A DNA stretch of 64,000 bases. It comes from Tubiluchus corallicola (lineage: Eukaryota > Animalia > Priapulida). The notes under the pieces are model-generated. The model was not told the origin of the DNA, searched no databases, and was given only the letters and a program-made list of their open reading frames with translations. Positions 35,373 through 50,300 of the stretch are shown here, piece by piece; the first letter of the stretch is position 1; every line of letters starts with the position of its first letter. Both the position numbers and the translations under genes were made by a program. The stretch is from assembly GCA_030141605.1 (NCBI GenBank), contig JAQGDQ010000186.1:358840-422839 (forward strand). The letters are read 5' to 3'.

Positions 35373-38300
35373 TCATACAGTGTATAAGCTTGCAGCAAAT
35401 ACAATGTCACGTTTTATTAATGTAGACGACTCTTCCATTTTTTGACATAATACTGGATCTCCTACAAGGCGTGCTGCGTTACGGACGTCTCTCAATGTTT
35501 CGTCTAATCGCTGTATCGTACGAACAATGATACCTTCCGTAACATCTGCTAATGTGGCTATTTGATTAAAAGGCTGTAAAAATGAAACCTGTGATACAAC
35601 ATTACTTGCAGCTGTAATCTTTAATAATCTGTAGTATTCCATCATGGGGAATTCATGTTAAATCAGCTTCTTATTGTATTTTCGAGCAATAGCACAAACG
35701 TACACAAATTTGCTCATTATAGTCGAAAGACCTCACACATATTCTAAAGCCAGCTAGGTGGGGTCTTCAGTGGAACAAAACCTACACATATTTTGCAAAA
35801 CTGTTGTACATTTTATTGTCCATTTTGTTAAAAATACTTCACATAACATTATAAATGTGTACTACAATTTATATACTTACCATGCCACGAGCCCACTCAT
35901 ATACGACTTCCACTAGACCAAACTTGAACCTGCCTACAAAACTGTCAACAGGTTCAATCATCCCACATTGTTTCTGTATCAAGCCAATATTTTCAGCTAT
36001 TTCTTTAATCTTATTCATTCCCTGTAATAGTAAATAAAGTTATTTTTAATTCACATCGATTTTATTTGCATATGAATGTCATTTATATACTTGATAAAGC
36101 TAATAAAAACTAAAATACCTTTTCCAAAGATGAAACCAGTTTTGGTTCAGCACATCGTTTTTCTTCAAACACCATGCAGGATAACAATGCAGCTATTTCT
36201 TCAGGATGAAGATGTGAGAAAACATTCTCAAATATTAACTCAGTGATAATTAGTTCATTATTGCTAATCTCGCATGCAACACGACCTTTAAGTTTAACCG
36301 CGTCAGTGTCATCAATGTAGCGTAAAGTCTTAAGCACCTGCAACACAGACACCAAACACTGTAAGGTTAATTAAATAGTAGTTTTGGGTCATAACATGTT
36401 ACTTTCAGAACAGAGAATTACAAAGCCAACAATGAATATGAGCAACAACGAAGCATTGCAACAGAAGAAACATTGGATAATAATATCACTTGAAAGCCTA
36501 AAACAGAGTTTTGAATGGAACTCTCAAAATGGAATGAAACTTGCAAACAAAAGCTGTTAAAAATATATAATTTATATACCTCCAGCCGTTGTATATATTC
36601 TGGTAGGAGTTGTAAACTGTTGTCACTAAGTAACCAGTTTATGTTAGCAGCTTCTTCTTTGATCTTCATATTTGACTTAACCAATTTAAACTGCAATCAA
36701 GATAAATAAATAAATAAAAGAAGTGCTAGAGTAAAAAAACGAAATAGTCTTGCACCCAATTTTTCAGAACAGATAACCACCCAAATTTGTACTGCATTGA
36801 AAAGGCACACTAAAAGAGAACATGGGACATACTCTTACAGAGCCCATCCTTGTGTGAATTTGGTATTAATCTTCATAACAACCTGTGCAGTTCATTAGAA
36901 AAAGCTATTTACTACAAGGTTATATTACTAGAGTGATCCTTAGAGTATCAGAAATGCTGAAAACTGGTGGCTTTCCTTGGCCTGTTCGAACAAAAAACAA
37001 GTAAAAAGTTTACAAAATAATTTCAAATTGACACCCTCAATGACCTAGCCTAGTCTCCAAGACTGCCTATTGTTACAGTATTAGACAAAATAATTTTTCC
37101 AACAAAAGAACTCACGTGTGCATCAAACTGAGGACACTTCAGGCAATCGTGCTTTCCCAGTGACTCCCTCTTTTTAGTTAAATACATAAATTCTTCAACT
37201 GTGTCAATATCATTTATTCCCAGATCTTTAACAGGATCTAGTACAGGTATGCCTTGCACATTAGACTCTACTAAATGCAAAAGATCCTGTGTAGCTTTGT
37301 TTGCTGACTGACCAACTGGATCATTTCTGGAAGTAAACATCAATTACGAATAATCCACATCACTTCTACAAATAGAAATAGAAACTGATACAATTAGACA
37401 AGTTTCCTGTCATTTTATACATCCAGACTACTGTGTAACAGGAAAAATAGCCAATTGGCACAGTAAAATTTTATTTTATATTACATATTGTTATTTACCT
37501 ACATTTACTATGTGCCTAACCTGATATTTGTTTTGGTGCAGCTGTACCTATGCAAATCATGTTTGTACGAAAATCTTGAAGTGTATCTTCAGGGATGGCA
37601 AAATTTGTTTGCTGGCTTCTTGTTTCTTCTTATTGTGTAAAGTTTAGCGACCAATACCATTATGCCCACAAATGAAGTATTTATGAAGTATCATTTTGCC
37701 CAAATTCAAATTTATACTTTTTGATCAATAGTAAAAACTGTACATTTTCTTTTTGACATAGTTAGCCCAAAATAAAACTCACATCTGCGCTTGTAAATTT
37801 ATAAACATCTCTGTTGTGATTGTATTAATTTTAACAATCATTACCAAAATCAGATCGTTTCATAATGAGTCACTGAAGGTGCAGTGGTAGCTGAAAGCTG
37901 GTGCGGCATCAAGTTACATGGTAGCGTGGACGAGCGCTGGCTATACAGGAAAGACATTTTTGTGAATTAATAATGAGTTAAGTTTTTAAACATGCATATT
38001 TGTTAAGCTTATTTACTGCTATTACATAAATATTCATTTAATCTGAAATAAAACAGTTTTTGTGGAACAGTTGTTGCTCTACCAGAGTAAAAATGCAAAG
38101 CAACAGCAACAATTTATGGAGCAAATCACGACTACAGCATTTCTAGCCCCAATTATAAGTTTAATGTTTTACCCCAAAATAAGTTTTTATAAAATAAAAT
38201 TATTCTCACCTGAATCTTGGTATCTGCCTCTTGTTATAATCATCCAACACTTTATCACAGGCAATTTTTAAAACTTCTGTTGTAATTTCTTTCACATGCT

Positions 38301-41300
38301 CATTCAGGATCTCCACAACCTTGTGACTGGAAGGTCCTTCTGGTAGATACAAATCTGTCATATTCACAAGTTCAGATATATGTGATTCAGTTGATTTGTT
38401 AAGAACTGCACTTGAATCACCACACTCATTTTCCTCTTCCCGTTCACACAGCAATAGAACAGAAAACTTTTTGCCTTTGTTACTGGATGACGATTTTAAT
38501 ATCACACCTGCCTGCTTTTGAAAACTCTTATGTTGGACTATGACTACTCTTCCAGAAGACATAACCTTTCCAATTTGGGGATGGGACATTACCACATTCT
38601 GTAATTAAACGATTTAAACAAATTACCTGGCATTTGATTTTAAATATCTAGCATGATTATACTTGTTACTGATATAGTCTATTAGAAGAAGCTTTAAATT
38701 AACTCTAGCCAGTTTTCTACATGCAAATTTCACGTTATAGATCCAGTAACATCGCAATTGTAAAACAGTGTATAATCTAAATACATCCATAATATATAGA
38801 TTTAAAAAACACAATTATTGAGGCCAAACTGTTTATAGTTTCAAGGATGATGTGTTTATAATGGACAAAGGTACCTTGAGGGTAGGGATGCAGTCTTTCA
38901 AATTTATGCCAGAGTTGCAAGACACCTGCAAACTGGACAAAAAATTGCATAACTGGCAACCCAGTGCTTGCACAAAACAAGTTTGTTTTGCTTTTTTTTA
39001 CTGGATCATATTTAGCCCAATAATGCACCCAATAGTACACATACTACCATTTTCAAACAATGATATTGGAGTACTTTCCATAAAAACTAAAGTTTTATCC
39101 CCAAGCCTGAATCACCTAGATACTAAGCCATGTTTAAATTATTTTTGTCTTACCTGTAGTTTTGCGTGAAGTTCCGCGTACTCCTTGTGTTGCAAATAAA
39201 ATGTTTCGATGTCACCACAATATGAACACTCAATAGTTTTCAACTTTGCAAGCTTCATGTTTAGTTGTTCCAGTTCTGCCTTGTACCTGAAATCATACAG
39301 AATGTGCAAGAGTTACAAATGTTACTGCTAATTAAGCTCTGGGCTTTTTTCAGTCTGATGATTACAATTTTTCTAAACAGTAATGACATTAAAAATCATT
39401 GTGATAGCTTTACAAAGCTGAATATTTCAAATGTTGTTTTTGTCAGTCCATGACAGCTATACTGGGCATTTATACTATAACTGCGATATCTGGACAACTG
39501 CTTTCTTAGACAGGTTAGGACTTATATTAGATATCAGCCTTAAGTCAATGATAAAATGAATCTTTTAACAAATTTTTATTATTCACAGCATAAATGGTGA
39601 AAATAATAAAAGTCGCACTGCAAAGGCAAAAAATGTCACAATTGTTGTAAGAATCAATCTGATAGAAGCAAAAACTGTTTTAAAAATATTTGGAGGTACA
39701 GATGGTAGAATATAATACTCAAGTGCTAACTGCTATATTAATAGGCTATTGCAACAAACTTAGCAATACCAACATAATACCCTCACTTACTCATTTACAT
39801 TTTTCTGGGTATGAAACTCTGAAAAACTTCGTTTCATCATGTCTTCGACTCGCAGCTTCTCAACACGCAGCAAATTCAACATCATGCCATAAGTGAGTCG
39901 AAACTGCGATTCTAATTTAGTTGGTTTGCCCTAAAATATAAAACACTTCAAATTATAACTTTGCAATGTTGCATGTGGCTGATATACTGGTGACTATACA
40001 TGTATTATGATTTAAGTTGCATACAAATTGCTCATTTACTAAGTATTTACTACACTTAAAAATTTGGTGGAATTAATATACATGTATGTAATGGAAAGAA
40101 AAGATAACTCAACTCCTAACTAAGATACTTCATTTACCTTATGGTCAATTTATTGCCTTCTAATACCAGCAACATAGAAGTTCCTGTTGCAAGGTCACTG
40201 ACCAAAAAAAACATTAATTTCATATTGCAAAAAGCAAAATTTAAGCTAAAATCATAAATTGATTGCAGTGGTGGCTCGTAGCTAAGATTAGTGGGGGTGC
40301 TGCTTCAGAAAAGTTTTACCATTGTTTTAATGTTATGTAGTAAATGATATAAACTTGTTTCTTGGGGGACATAAGGAGACCATGCTTAAATTATTTAAAT
40401 TTTCTGTAAAATAAAATAACCGGAAAAACTATGAATTAAATAGAATAGCTGAAAGCTGATAATCATGTAATTCTACTCTTTATCACGTTCAAGTATATGG
40501 TACACAGTTTTTAAGCACAACACACGCTGAGATAAAAAGAAGCACAACTTGCGCTACAGGGTCGGTACTGCATGAGCGACAGTGATCTCTCTGCCTAGCG
40601 CGCACAGCTTCTTATCTCGGACAAGTGCACATGACAGCATGCGCACAACAGCTAAACACCGCGTCTTTGGAACAGTGAAGCGCACGGGTCTGTCATATGC
40701 TCTGGTTCCGTACAAAAATTTACTTTTATGTACTAGTATAAAGTAAGAATTAAAAAAAAAAGACTCATTATATTAAATGTTATCGATAATATCAAGTGAA
40801 AATAGGGTGAGCTGCAGTTCCACAAAGCCTATATCCGAGCCGCCACTGATTGATTGATTTGAATTACCAAAATAATGTTGTGAAGTTCCGAAGTTTCAGG
40901 AACGTCCCCCTTGCATAAAATAATTACAGTACCAGTGGAATCGAGGCCTCTACGGCCCGCTCTACCTGCCATTTGAATGTACTCTCCAGGCTGAAGTGCT
41001 CGATAATTAGTACCATCGTGTTTTCGAAGAGAGTCAAAAACGACAGTCCGTGCTGGCATATTCACACCCATTGCAAACGTTTCAGTGGCAAATAGAAGCT
41101 GTTCAATGTTAATAGTTATAAGAACATTGACTAGTTGCATTAATAAATATGTCTACATTGATCAGCAATTATACCTAATAATGAAATCAAGTACTCCTTT
41201 AGGAACAGCAAACACAAAGGTTACAGATGAATTTTAAGCCACGATGTTACCAAGAAAGTAAATATTATTTTCTTACTCCACAATAACACGTAACAACACA

Positions 41301-44300
41301 CTTTACCTAAGCTGAGTAAATGTTTTTATAAGCAACCAATACAGATACTGCACATTACTAATGACCTTACATTTGTAGGAAACCTGTAGTCACACTTCAT
41401 GAAGTACACTTGTTCCTTTTGTTCAATACAGCAAAATGAATTAAAATCTTGACTGATGGGGTGCCATGCAAAGGTTCCACTTGGGCCTTCTAGCCCCATA
41501 AAGTGTGGTAACTGCTAATGGTAACTTAATTACCTTTCTGCAATGATGTCTTGAAGACAGCTTAATTTTTTTTTCTGTTTTCAATTTCATTTCATCTATT
41601 GGCAAACCCACTAATAAAGTGAAAAATGAACATTTTATGTTATGTTTCACTGTCATTTTGTTTTCACATTATTACACTAGATAACCGAATCAAAACTCAC
41701 CTTAACCAAGCCTCTCTGAAATAACATTTCAATAACCTCCTTCAAAATGGGCAAAATACCGCTGTGGTGAACACCAACACCTTTCTTCAAAATTTCTTGC
41801 ATATGTAAAACCTAGAGTAACAAGAATTGCTAATAGCTAAATAACTGACCAAATGCCTGGAAGTTCATTTTCCTGTATTTCTGTGAATTACAAGTACCTG
41901 CCATTCAAAAACCTAACATCTTTATAAACTATACCATACATATAGCATTTAACCACACTAAAGCAGACAACTATCGAGACGTTTGCCTTTGATACGTAAA
42001 AGACTGGAGCAAACACTGTTTACAAAACAAATTGTTTAACTCTGCTCTTTGACTTGTTTATCTCAGCCTATTGTTTTCAGAAAAAAAAACTTTTGGCTCA
42101 ATAGAACATTCCGTTGCACAAAAGGAGAAAAACTTTCGAAGACTATTTTGAATTGTGTTGCTTTTATCCTCTAGTGAACTATTGCCACTTCTAACTCATA
42201 TGGCAAGAAGCTTAATCAAGAAGCAGTAAGTATAGCTTAACTTTAACAGGTGAATATGCAGTGTTACAGTAAATTAGTGCATTTCTCTACAGTAGAAACT
42301 TTACTTGTAACTGCAAATTTTAGGAAACCAGAGATAAAGTATCTTCAAAAACTGCAACTGGTCTTTTTCGCACACAGTAGCCAAAAGTACACTTTGATAT
42401 TTTCGTGCAAGCTAATGCCGGTCAAGTCAAAACCAAAGGTACACGTGTTTGAACTGCACACGGAAAAAATGTAAGCGAGTTGAAATAAACGTTAAGATAT
42501 AATTTAAAACTTGCACTCAATTTTTACACTCTGTTCTAACAATTACCAAAACTCTGAAACATAAACATTAAACTTGAGTCTACCTGTGGTAATTGCCTGT
42601 CAGAGCCTTTTAATCTTGAGATGCATTTCTGAAAGAAAATGTGGATCTCTGACTTCTCAGTTTGAGTTGTTAAATCAACGCTGCTCAATGCAACAGCATT
42701 TTTATCACACTTTCTCTTTGAGAATGTAAATGCGACAACAGGAAGCAAGTTGTTTTTCTTCAAGTGGTCAATCACCGACAACCAAACACCTTTGTCCTGA
42801 AACGGCCAAGCAACAAGAAATGAAAATGTTTCTATTACGATTCAAAACTGCAGCAGAAATGCACTAACAATTATTTCTGTTTAACTAATAATTTAATGAA
42901 ATCAACCATTTTCCTAAAAACATTGAAAAAGCAACATGATTGAAAAACTAAGCAAAAATATAAACATGTTAATGTTTAACAGGCATTTTACACAGCATCT
43001 CGCTGCATAAATTCACTAAAACCCATAAAGTCCTAAAAGCATTTTTAGCAAATTTACATTTTTAAACCAAAACAAAGGTCAAATATATCCAAACAACTGA
43101 AAAGAAAAAGACTGAGAGTAAGCCTGGATATGAAATATATATCCTTGTTAGTTAAGTCTAATATCAAATGACTTAGCTCCATCAATTCTCACTTGTTTGG
43201 CAGGCCTTTATTTAATCATAATATCTTAAGACCTTCCAATGTTAGTTCCCACTGCTATTCATTTTGGTTAATTTTCTAAGTCAGCTTAAAGGGAAGTCCT
43301 ACTGCTATTCATTTTGGTTAATTTTCTAAATCAGCTTAAAGTAAACTATCAATTTCACAAAAAAACTACAATAAAGGTTTCTGGGCAATACCTGTCTAGG
43401 ATCACCACTTCTTGTACCCTTTGGTCCAAACTGAGCTGAAGATTTTGTAACTCGAGCCTTTTTGGCAGCAATGGCCTCATTGTACCCTTTAGATAAAAAT
43501 GTTCCCTCAGCTCCAACAATAAGGAAACATTCATTACTAGTTTTCTTGCTGTTTCCAGTATAAATGAAGTGTTCCAATGGAACAGGACGCTTCAAAGTGC
43601 TAATCACATAAATTTTCTTCTTTTTAGTTTTCCTGCAAAAGATGCAAAGTCATTAAGTTATGATATTGCTGATGGCGCTGGTTCTTGGGCATTCAAAAAC
43701 TATGAAACAGTAAAAAATCCCAAAGAAGAAGCCTTTCTGAAATGTCGCCCTTAAGAAGAAGAAACAATTAAGAGATAATAATTAATAATTAATAATGATA
43801 CTTAAGAAGAAACTTAAGAAACCTGTTAATGCGAACACATATTTATGTTGTATATAGTAATTGAAACTCTAATTAAACTGCTTATTTAAATGTTGTGTAA
43901 ATATAGCATACCCGACCCAGTCAGCAAACTCAAGGCAATTTGGTACAGTTGCGCTAAGCAATATTATGCTAACATGATCTGGTAGCATAATCAGTACTTC
44001 CTCCCATACCACGCCTCTCTGAATAACAAAAAAATGTAAATACGCTTTTATATGATGATTAAAGACACTTACTCAGACTGTACTATGTAAGTTTTATAAA
44101 GCAATCACATGTGTGAGAAAAATGGTGTTTGATATTTTCATTTCAGAAACACAGCAATTGTAACTCATATTATACTGATACGAAAATTGCTTGCACATTT
44201 CAAAAATTTTTGTTAAAATTCGACAATTGGTTTTAAAATTTTTCAGAGATATTTAGGTTTGGTTTTTTGAAATTAGAAATAAATAAACTTTTTTGTGATA

Positions 44301-47300
44301 TTTTATAGAACTTTGACCACTCATTTTCAAAAAATATGCTGCAATTAGTAAGAAAGACAGAGACAGACAAAAGGGTGCCAGGGAATATTGTATTAAAAAC
44401 TATTACCTCAGAATCATTAATATAATGGACTTCGTCAAATATAACCCATTCAAGATCCCTGATTGTATCAGCACCATTGTAAAGCATTGATCTGCAATGG
44501 AATACCAAATAGTCAAAACAAATTATTGGAAACTAATAATGCCACACAGTTCTTGTGGTGCAAATCAACTTTGTTGTTTAACCTATTCTTGCTCTGACTA
44601 CTTACAGCAAATCACAGAAAAACATTCTAATGTTTTTTTCTTTTTTGATTCAATAATCATCAAAGTTGACTTATATGTGTGTTGCTTTTACATTAAATTG
44701 GTTTTTAAACTACGAACAAATCTTAAGATAATTATCCAACAAGAAAGACAGCATTTTCATTGCATTTCATTGAGTCACTTTGAAAATAGCATAAAAATCA
44801 TAATATAGCAGCAGGGAAAATCAGTACAACAAATAATACACTGCGTGCTAGTTCATATTACAAATACTTTTCATTTAAATAAAAGAAATGTCAAACCGTA
44901 AAATCTCAGTGGTCATGATGAGACATTGAGCTTCTGGGCTGATTTGCACATCACCTGTCAACAGCCCCACATCTTTGAACGTTTGCTTAAAATCGCGAAA
45001 TTTTTGATTTGAAAGTGCCTTTATCGGTGATGTATAAATAGTCCTGCAACAATTATCAGTATAAGTGTAACTAGTAAGTATTTTACATGTATACAACATG
45101 TAACCGAAACCATAAAGTTGCATTAATGCTAAATTTCTAGTGTTTAGAAGCCTGAAAACAATATGAAACAATCACAGTGTAAAATGTAAATGCTGTTAAT
45201 TGAACTTTTTTGGCTTCGACTAACTAACAGACATGTTATACATATCACAATATAAATTATTTTATAAATTATATATCATAAAAATCTGATACCCGAGCAT
45301 CTTAATACCCTGCAAATGACTTTGGGAACATCAAGGTGTTTGAGTTTTCCTTGTATATACCTTCTCACTCAACTTCAAAAATGCAAGTTCAAGATGTTAA
45401 AATGGCAGGAAACAAATCTAGGTCACAATAGCTTTAAATCACTTCTAACTTTTATATACCAAATTTCCAACTTTTTAAATATCAAATATACAGTATACTG
45501 ATCTTTCATTTAGTCGTAAGACAAGCGAGGCAGACCATAGGAATACAAAATTTAAACCCGTTTAAAATTAAATGGAGTTTTACAGATATTTTGGCATCAT
45601 ACACTTCTGCTTTTATTCAAAAAATGCCAACTTGAATAGAAATTAAAAATTAATTAATTAATTAAACAGCTCTAATTAGTTAATAATTAACAAGTTGCTA
45701 CAATTCTTTTGTTTTGAACTAAGTACACCTTAGCTAATCATACCGCTGAATTTCAACTTGACTGGAGCATGCGAGCATGCAATTTAAACAAAATTAAAAT
45801 TAACTGATTTAAACGGTTATAATTAATTGCTACAAATCTTTTGTTTTGAACCAAGGATATCCCATCCAATCATTTTACCAAATTTCTACCCAACTGAATT
45901 ATGGGACCATGCAATGAAATTTATTTAATATCATCTAATTAAACAATGCAATTCATCTGCATGTTTCAGCATATCAGCATATTTCTGCTGCACTTTTCTG
46001 AGACACTCGTATACATGTACTATTGAAAGAGAAGAAATCTTGCAACAAATTTCGGAGTTACACTCAGACTCAAATGCACATCTCAATAGAGCTGAGACAC
46101 ATCTGCTGATTAGACCCCATGACAAGAAGATATAGAGCTGCTGCTGACATTGTCAAAAAATGAGAAACTATCACCATTTGATGCTGTAATAACTGTGGTT
46201 CACAAAATAATAATAAAGAATGCATCTGAAACAACGTATACTGTCAGTCTTTGTGATTATTACCTTAAAATTAATAATATTAATAAATACTGCTCAGCAC
46301 TACTTTAGATTAATTATGTAACTTTATTTGTACCTAGTCATATGTCTTGCAGATAAAGCAATGGCATATTCTGCAACAACAGTTTTCCCTGCAGATGTAT
46401 GTGCTGCTACAAATACACTTTCATGATTCTCCAAATGTAAGACAGCTTGCTTCTGAAAGTTATCTAATTCAAATGGCCACTGAAAATACGTTATAAAATT
46501 GGCAAGAGAAAGTAAAACAGCTTAAATTTCACATTAAACAATGATAAACCAGATTACTGGACCTTTCAATGATTTGAGTAAAGAGTTAAATCTATTAAGC
46601 CAAAAGACTGCTATCATAGTCAATTATTGACATTTAGTTGCAATCACCATTTTTGGTGAAACAACAAGGAAAATTAAATAAAATGCACTAACAAAAACAT
46701 AAGAAAGTACGACTATTTGAGCCATCTGCAAATCTCTGAAAATTTGGTAAAATCCTGGAATAAAAATTCCTCAGAGCCATTCAGAAGTATTAAAGTATCA
46801 AGAATAGCATGTACATAAGCACTACAAAGCAGTGCTATTGAAGCACTAACATGCTGTTGTTTTGAGACAATTAAAAATAAGAAAATTTTATACAATTCTT
46901 TGCAAAAGTACCTTATATGCCGGATCATTAATTTGTTCACTGAAATCAGCTACAGGAATGTTTACATCCACCAAAAATGCCCATTTCTCTTCAGTTTCTT
47001 GCTGTGATGATTTTTTAAAAAAAGACGGCACTTCTACCTGAAACAGATTCAGCACGTGAACTGCACACAAAACCTTTTGAAAACAAATACATGCAGACAG
47101 CATCTGGATTCCTGGCAGAAACACTTTCCTTGTACATAACGCTTCAAGTTGTGCTTTTATCGCTATTTAAAATCCTTTACAGCTTGTTTTGTATTTTCAT
47201 TCTTGTTTTAAAATGCTTTAGTTTGTTTACTTTATGTTAGATAAAACGACAACACTTTTTATACAGTGGCTATCATACTAATTATTAAATTAATGACTCG

Positions 47301-50300
47301 CGTTACCTGCTTCAACAATCAATTATGTGCAACATGATAAATCATGATCTGAGGCACATCAAGTTCCCCAAAAACAAATGATAAAAGATCAGTTTTGTAG
47401 GAAGAATGACTGCAGTTTAGCTTTGAATTTACTAAAAATTACATTAATCCATTATGCGTGGCAGACATGCTAACATAATACCTGTGTCAGATTCTCTAAG
47501 CTGTGAGTCCTTGAAATGGGAACTTCTTCCATTTCTTCCTGCAATAAAGAAAGAATAGTTTACTTATTAGAGTTTCAGTAACTTAGGAATTACTGTATTA
47601 GGAGCAAAATATATGCCTCTTTTATCCTGCCATATAATTCAGTTACATCACAATCCCGACTGTTGAGGACAAATTGATACTGTCATGTGCTGCCACCTTT
47701 TAGACCTTTAGACCTTGAAAGAATTTTAGACTTTAAATTTGTTAGCCTGTACTTATATACTCAGGTGATTCAATCTGTTTTCATGAAGTCAGTAGAACAG
47801 TAGGCTATTATACTCTCTAGATGTTTGCTGTTAGTTTTCAAAGTTTCTACTTAATTTTAGCCTAATTTAATGATTTTTGTACATGCCTGTAACCTGTTTC
47901 TGCAGTTTTTTAATGTCATTAAGATTTAAATGCCTTAATTAACCTTCACATCGTTGCGTTGTTCTTCTTTACGTTTTTTGTTTTCTGCTAAATTCCACTG
48001 ATCCAGGTCTGACCACCATTCATCGTCAAGATCGTCAAATGAAAAAATGGAGGACAAATCTAACATTTTGTCCATTATCGTGTGGTTTGCTTTTGACTTC
48101 AAGTTCGTGAGTGGTGGAGATTTGTTTTTAGTAAATTCCATGCCATGGGTGAAGCCTGGTGGCACAGTCAGCAAATCTACAAAGGCGAATTATTGTTACT
48201 ATACAGTATATGAAGTTTAATTATACTGCAATAATGAAAAAGAAATGCATGTGTATAAATTTAATATGTAGTACAACAGAAGAAACACAATGAGACATTT
48301 TACTTTTAATGCAAACTTATTAAGTAAAGAAATTAGAAATTCTAAATCAAACAAGCATTCAATTAAAGATTTTCAATTAACAATCATTCAAGAAACATCT
48401 TTGATTGTGATACAGAGAAGTCAGAAGCAAAGCATGTAAGCCCAACTTTATAACTAAAGAATAATTAAAGAAAGATAAACATTAAAAAACTCAGCAATTA
48501 TAAACCACGAATTATAAAAAGCATTCCTCATTTGTGTCTTAGACTTTATTCTACTCTTTAAAGCCTTAATAGTTGTTGAAGTGCTTAGTGATATTTGTTA
48601 TAAAAACAATTATAATTATGATATTAATTATACCTTATGTTACGATTTCATTCTGCTTTATGACACTGGCCTTTTTGGAGAATTCAACCTCTTCTAGCTA
48701 AATCACTTGTAAGGGTATAAAATGTTTCATTTAACAGCATTAAAAATATGCCTGATAACCATTATTGTTACTTTTTAAGTATAACAGCTTAGTATAACTT
48801 TTCCATTATGCCTTAGAAAGTAGCTCACCATTTTCAAAATCAATATCACCCGCTAACTTATCATTCAGTTGTGGTATATCAGTTTCTTCCAGACCACCTA
48901 AAATCATGATACACATAGTAAAGGCAATTAGTAATTGAATTTCGACAAACATGAAAAATTATTCAAGTAATGAGTACAACAAAATGCATTAAAGTAATTT
49001 TGCAGATCATATAATAAAAGCGCATTTTACATACCTGGCCAAAATGGATAATTAGTTGACGAACCGCGTAGTGCTTCTTCAGATGCACCTGGAGCCCGCT
49101 TCATAGAAGTGGAATTCTTTGCTGTTTGCCCAGCAGAATCCAGTATATCCTAAGTAAGAAACAATCAGTTTACCATATATCTACATGATGTAATTTAAAT
49201 TATTTATTAATACCAAGGTTCAAAGTAAAAGCTAAGCTAAGCAAGGACGGCATATGAAAGACTTGGCAAGATTTAGAGAGCAAGAAGCATTGGGGCAAAA
49301 ACCAAAATAACATTCAAATCGCTGGTGAGGTCCGTGTTAACGTACAGAAATGAGGCGTGCAAAATGATGAAGACAGAGAAGAAAAAACTTGCAGCATTCC
49401 AGTTCAAGTTGAAAAGGATACCAAGAATTAGATGGCAGAAGTGAATGACCAATATGGAGGTGACAAATCGGGCACGAATGAATGCGGTGAGTGATGAACT
49501 TAGAAGAAGAAGGAATTGGACTGGACATGTGCTATGGAAGGAAGAAAGGCAACAGGTAGACTGGGAACTACATGGAGAAGGACAGTGGAAGCAGAAAGGA
49601 ATTACGCAGGATGGGGGATCTGGAGCAAGGTCAAAGCAGCGGCAGAAGACAATGTTTGGAGAAGGAATGTCACTGCCTTATGCGCTTCACGATATGGAGA
49701 TAACTAAGTTCTAGGTAACTACCAAGTTTCAAATTGCCATTACCAATGCAGGACTATATAGCAAAAATGCTGAAATGAGAAATGCTCTTCAATGTAGCAA
49801 AAATCAGTAATGTTGAATTATATCAGAAACCTAAGCATATGCAAACAGATTATAGACATTTATCCTATACAAATTTATGCTACGTAATACAAAACTCAGT
49901 TACAGAACCTAAACGATTTAATATTTAATCTCCTGTATCAGTTTTGTCTTCCATTTTTAACTGCTTATTTTCACTAACCTGTTTTAGTATGATTCTTGAA
50001 AATCATGTAGTTTTATCATGTGATCATGCATTCCTATTTCAGTCACTGATCAAATAACAGAATTTGAACTACATGAATAAATTTTTTTATGTAAATTTAT
50101 CTATTAAATATCATTCCGTAATTAAATTGTTGGGTTTACTAATTACTGCTTAATTACAGTTAAATCAAGGCTGACTAACTAAACTTGATACATCATTTCT
50201 CTTACTTCCTTGTAACCAAGTAACTCTCCAGTGCTAGGATCTCGTACAACTTTTATTGTTGTCTGCAAAGGAATCACATCTATGGAAAACAAGGAAGAGA

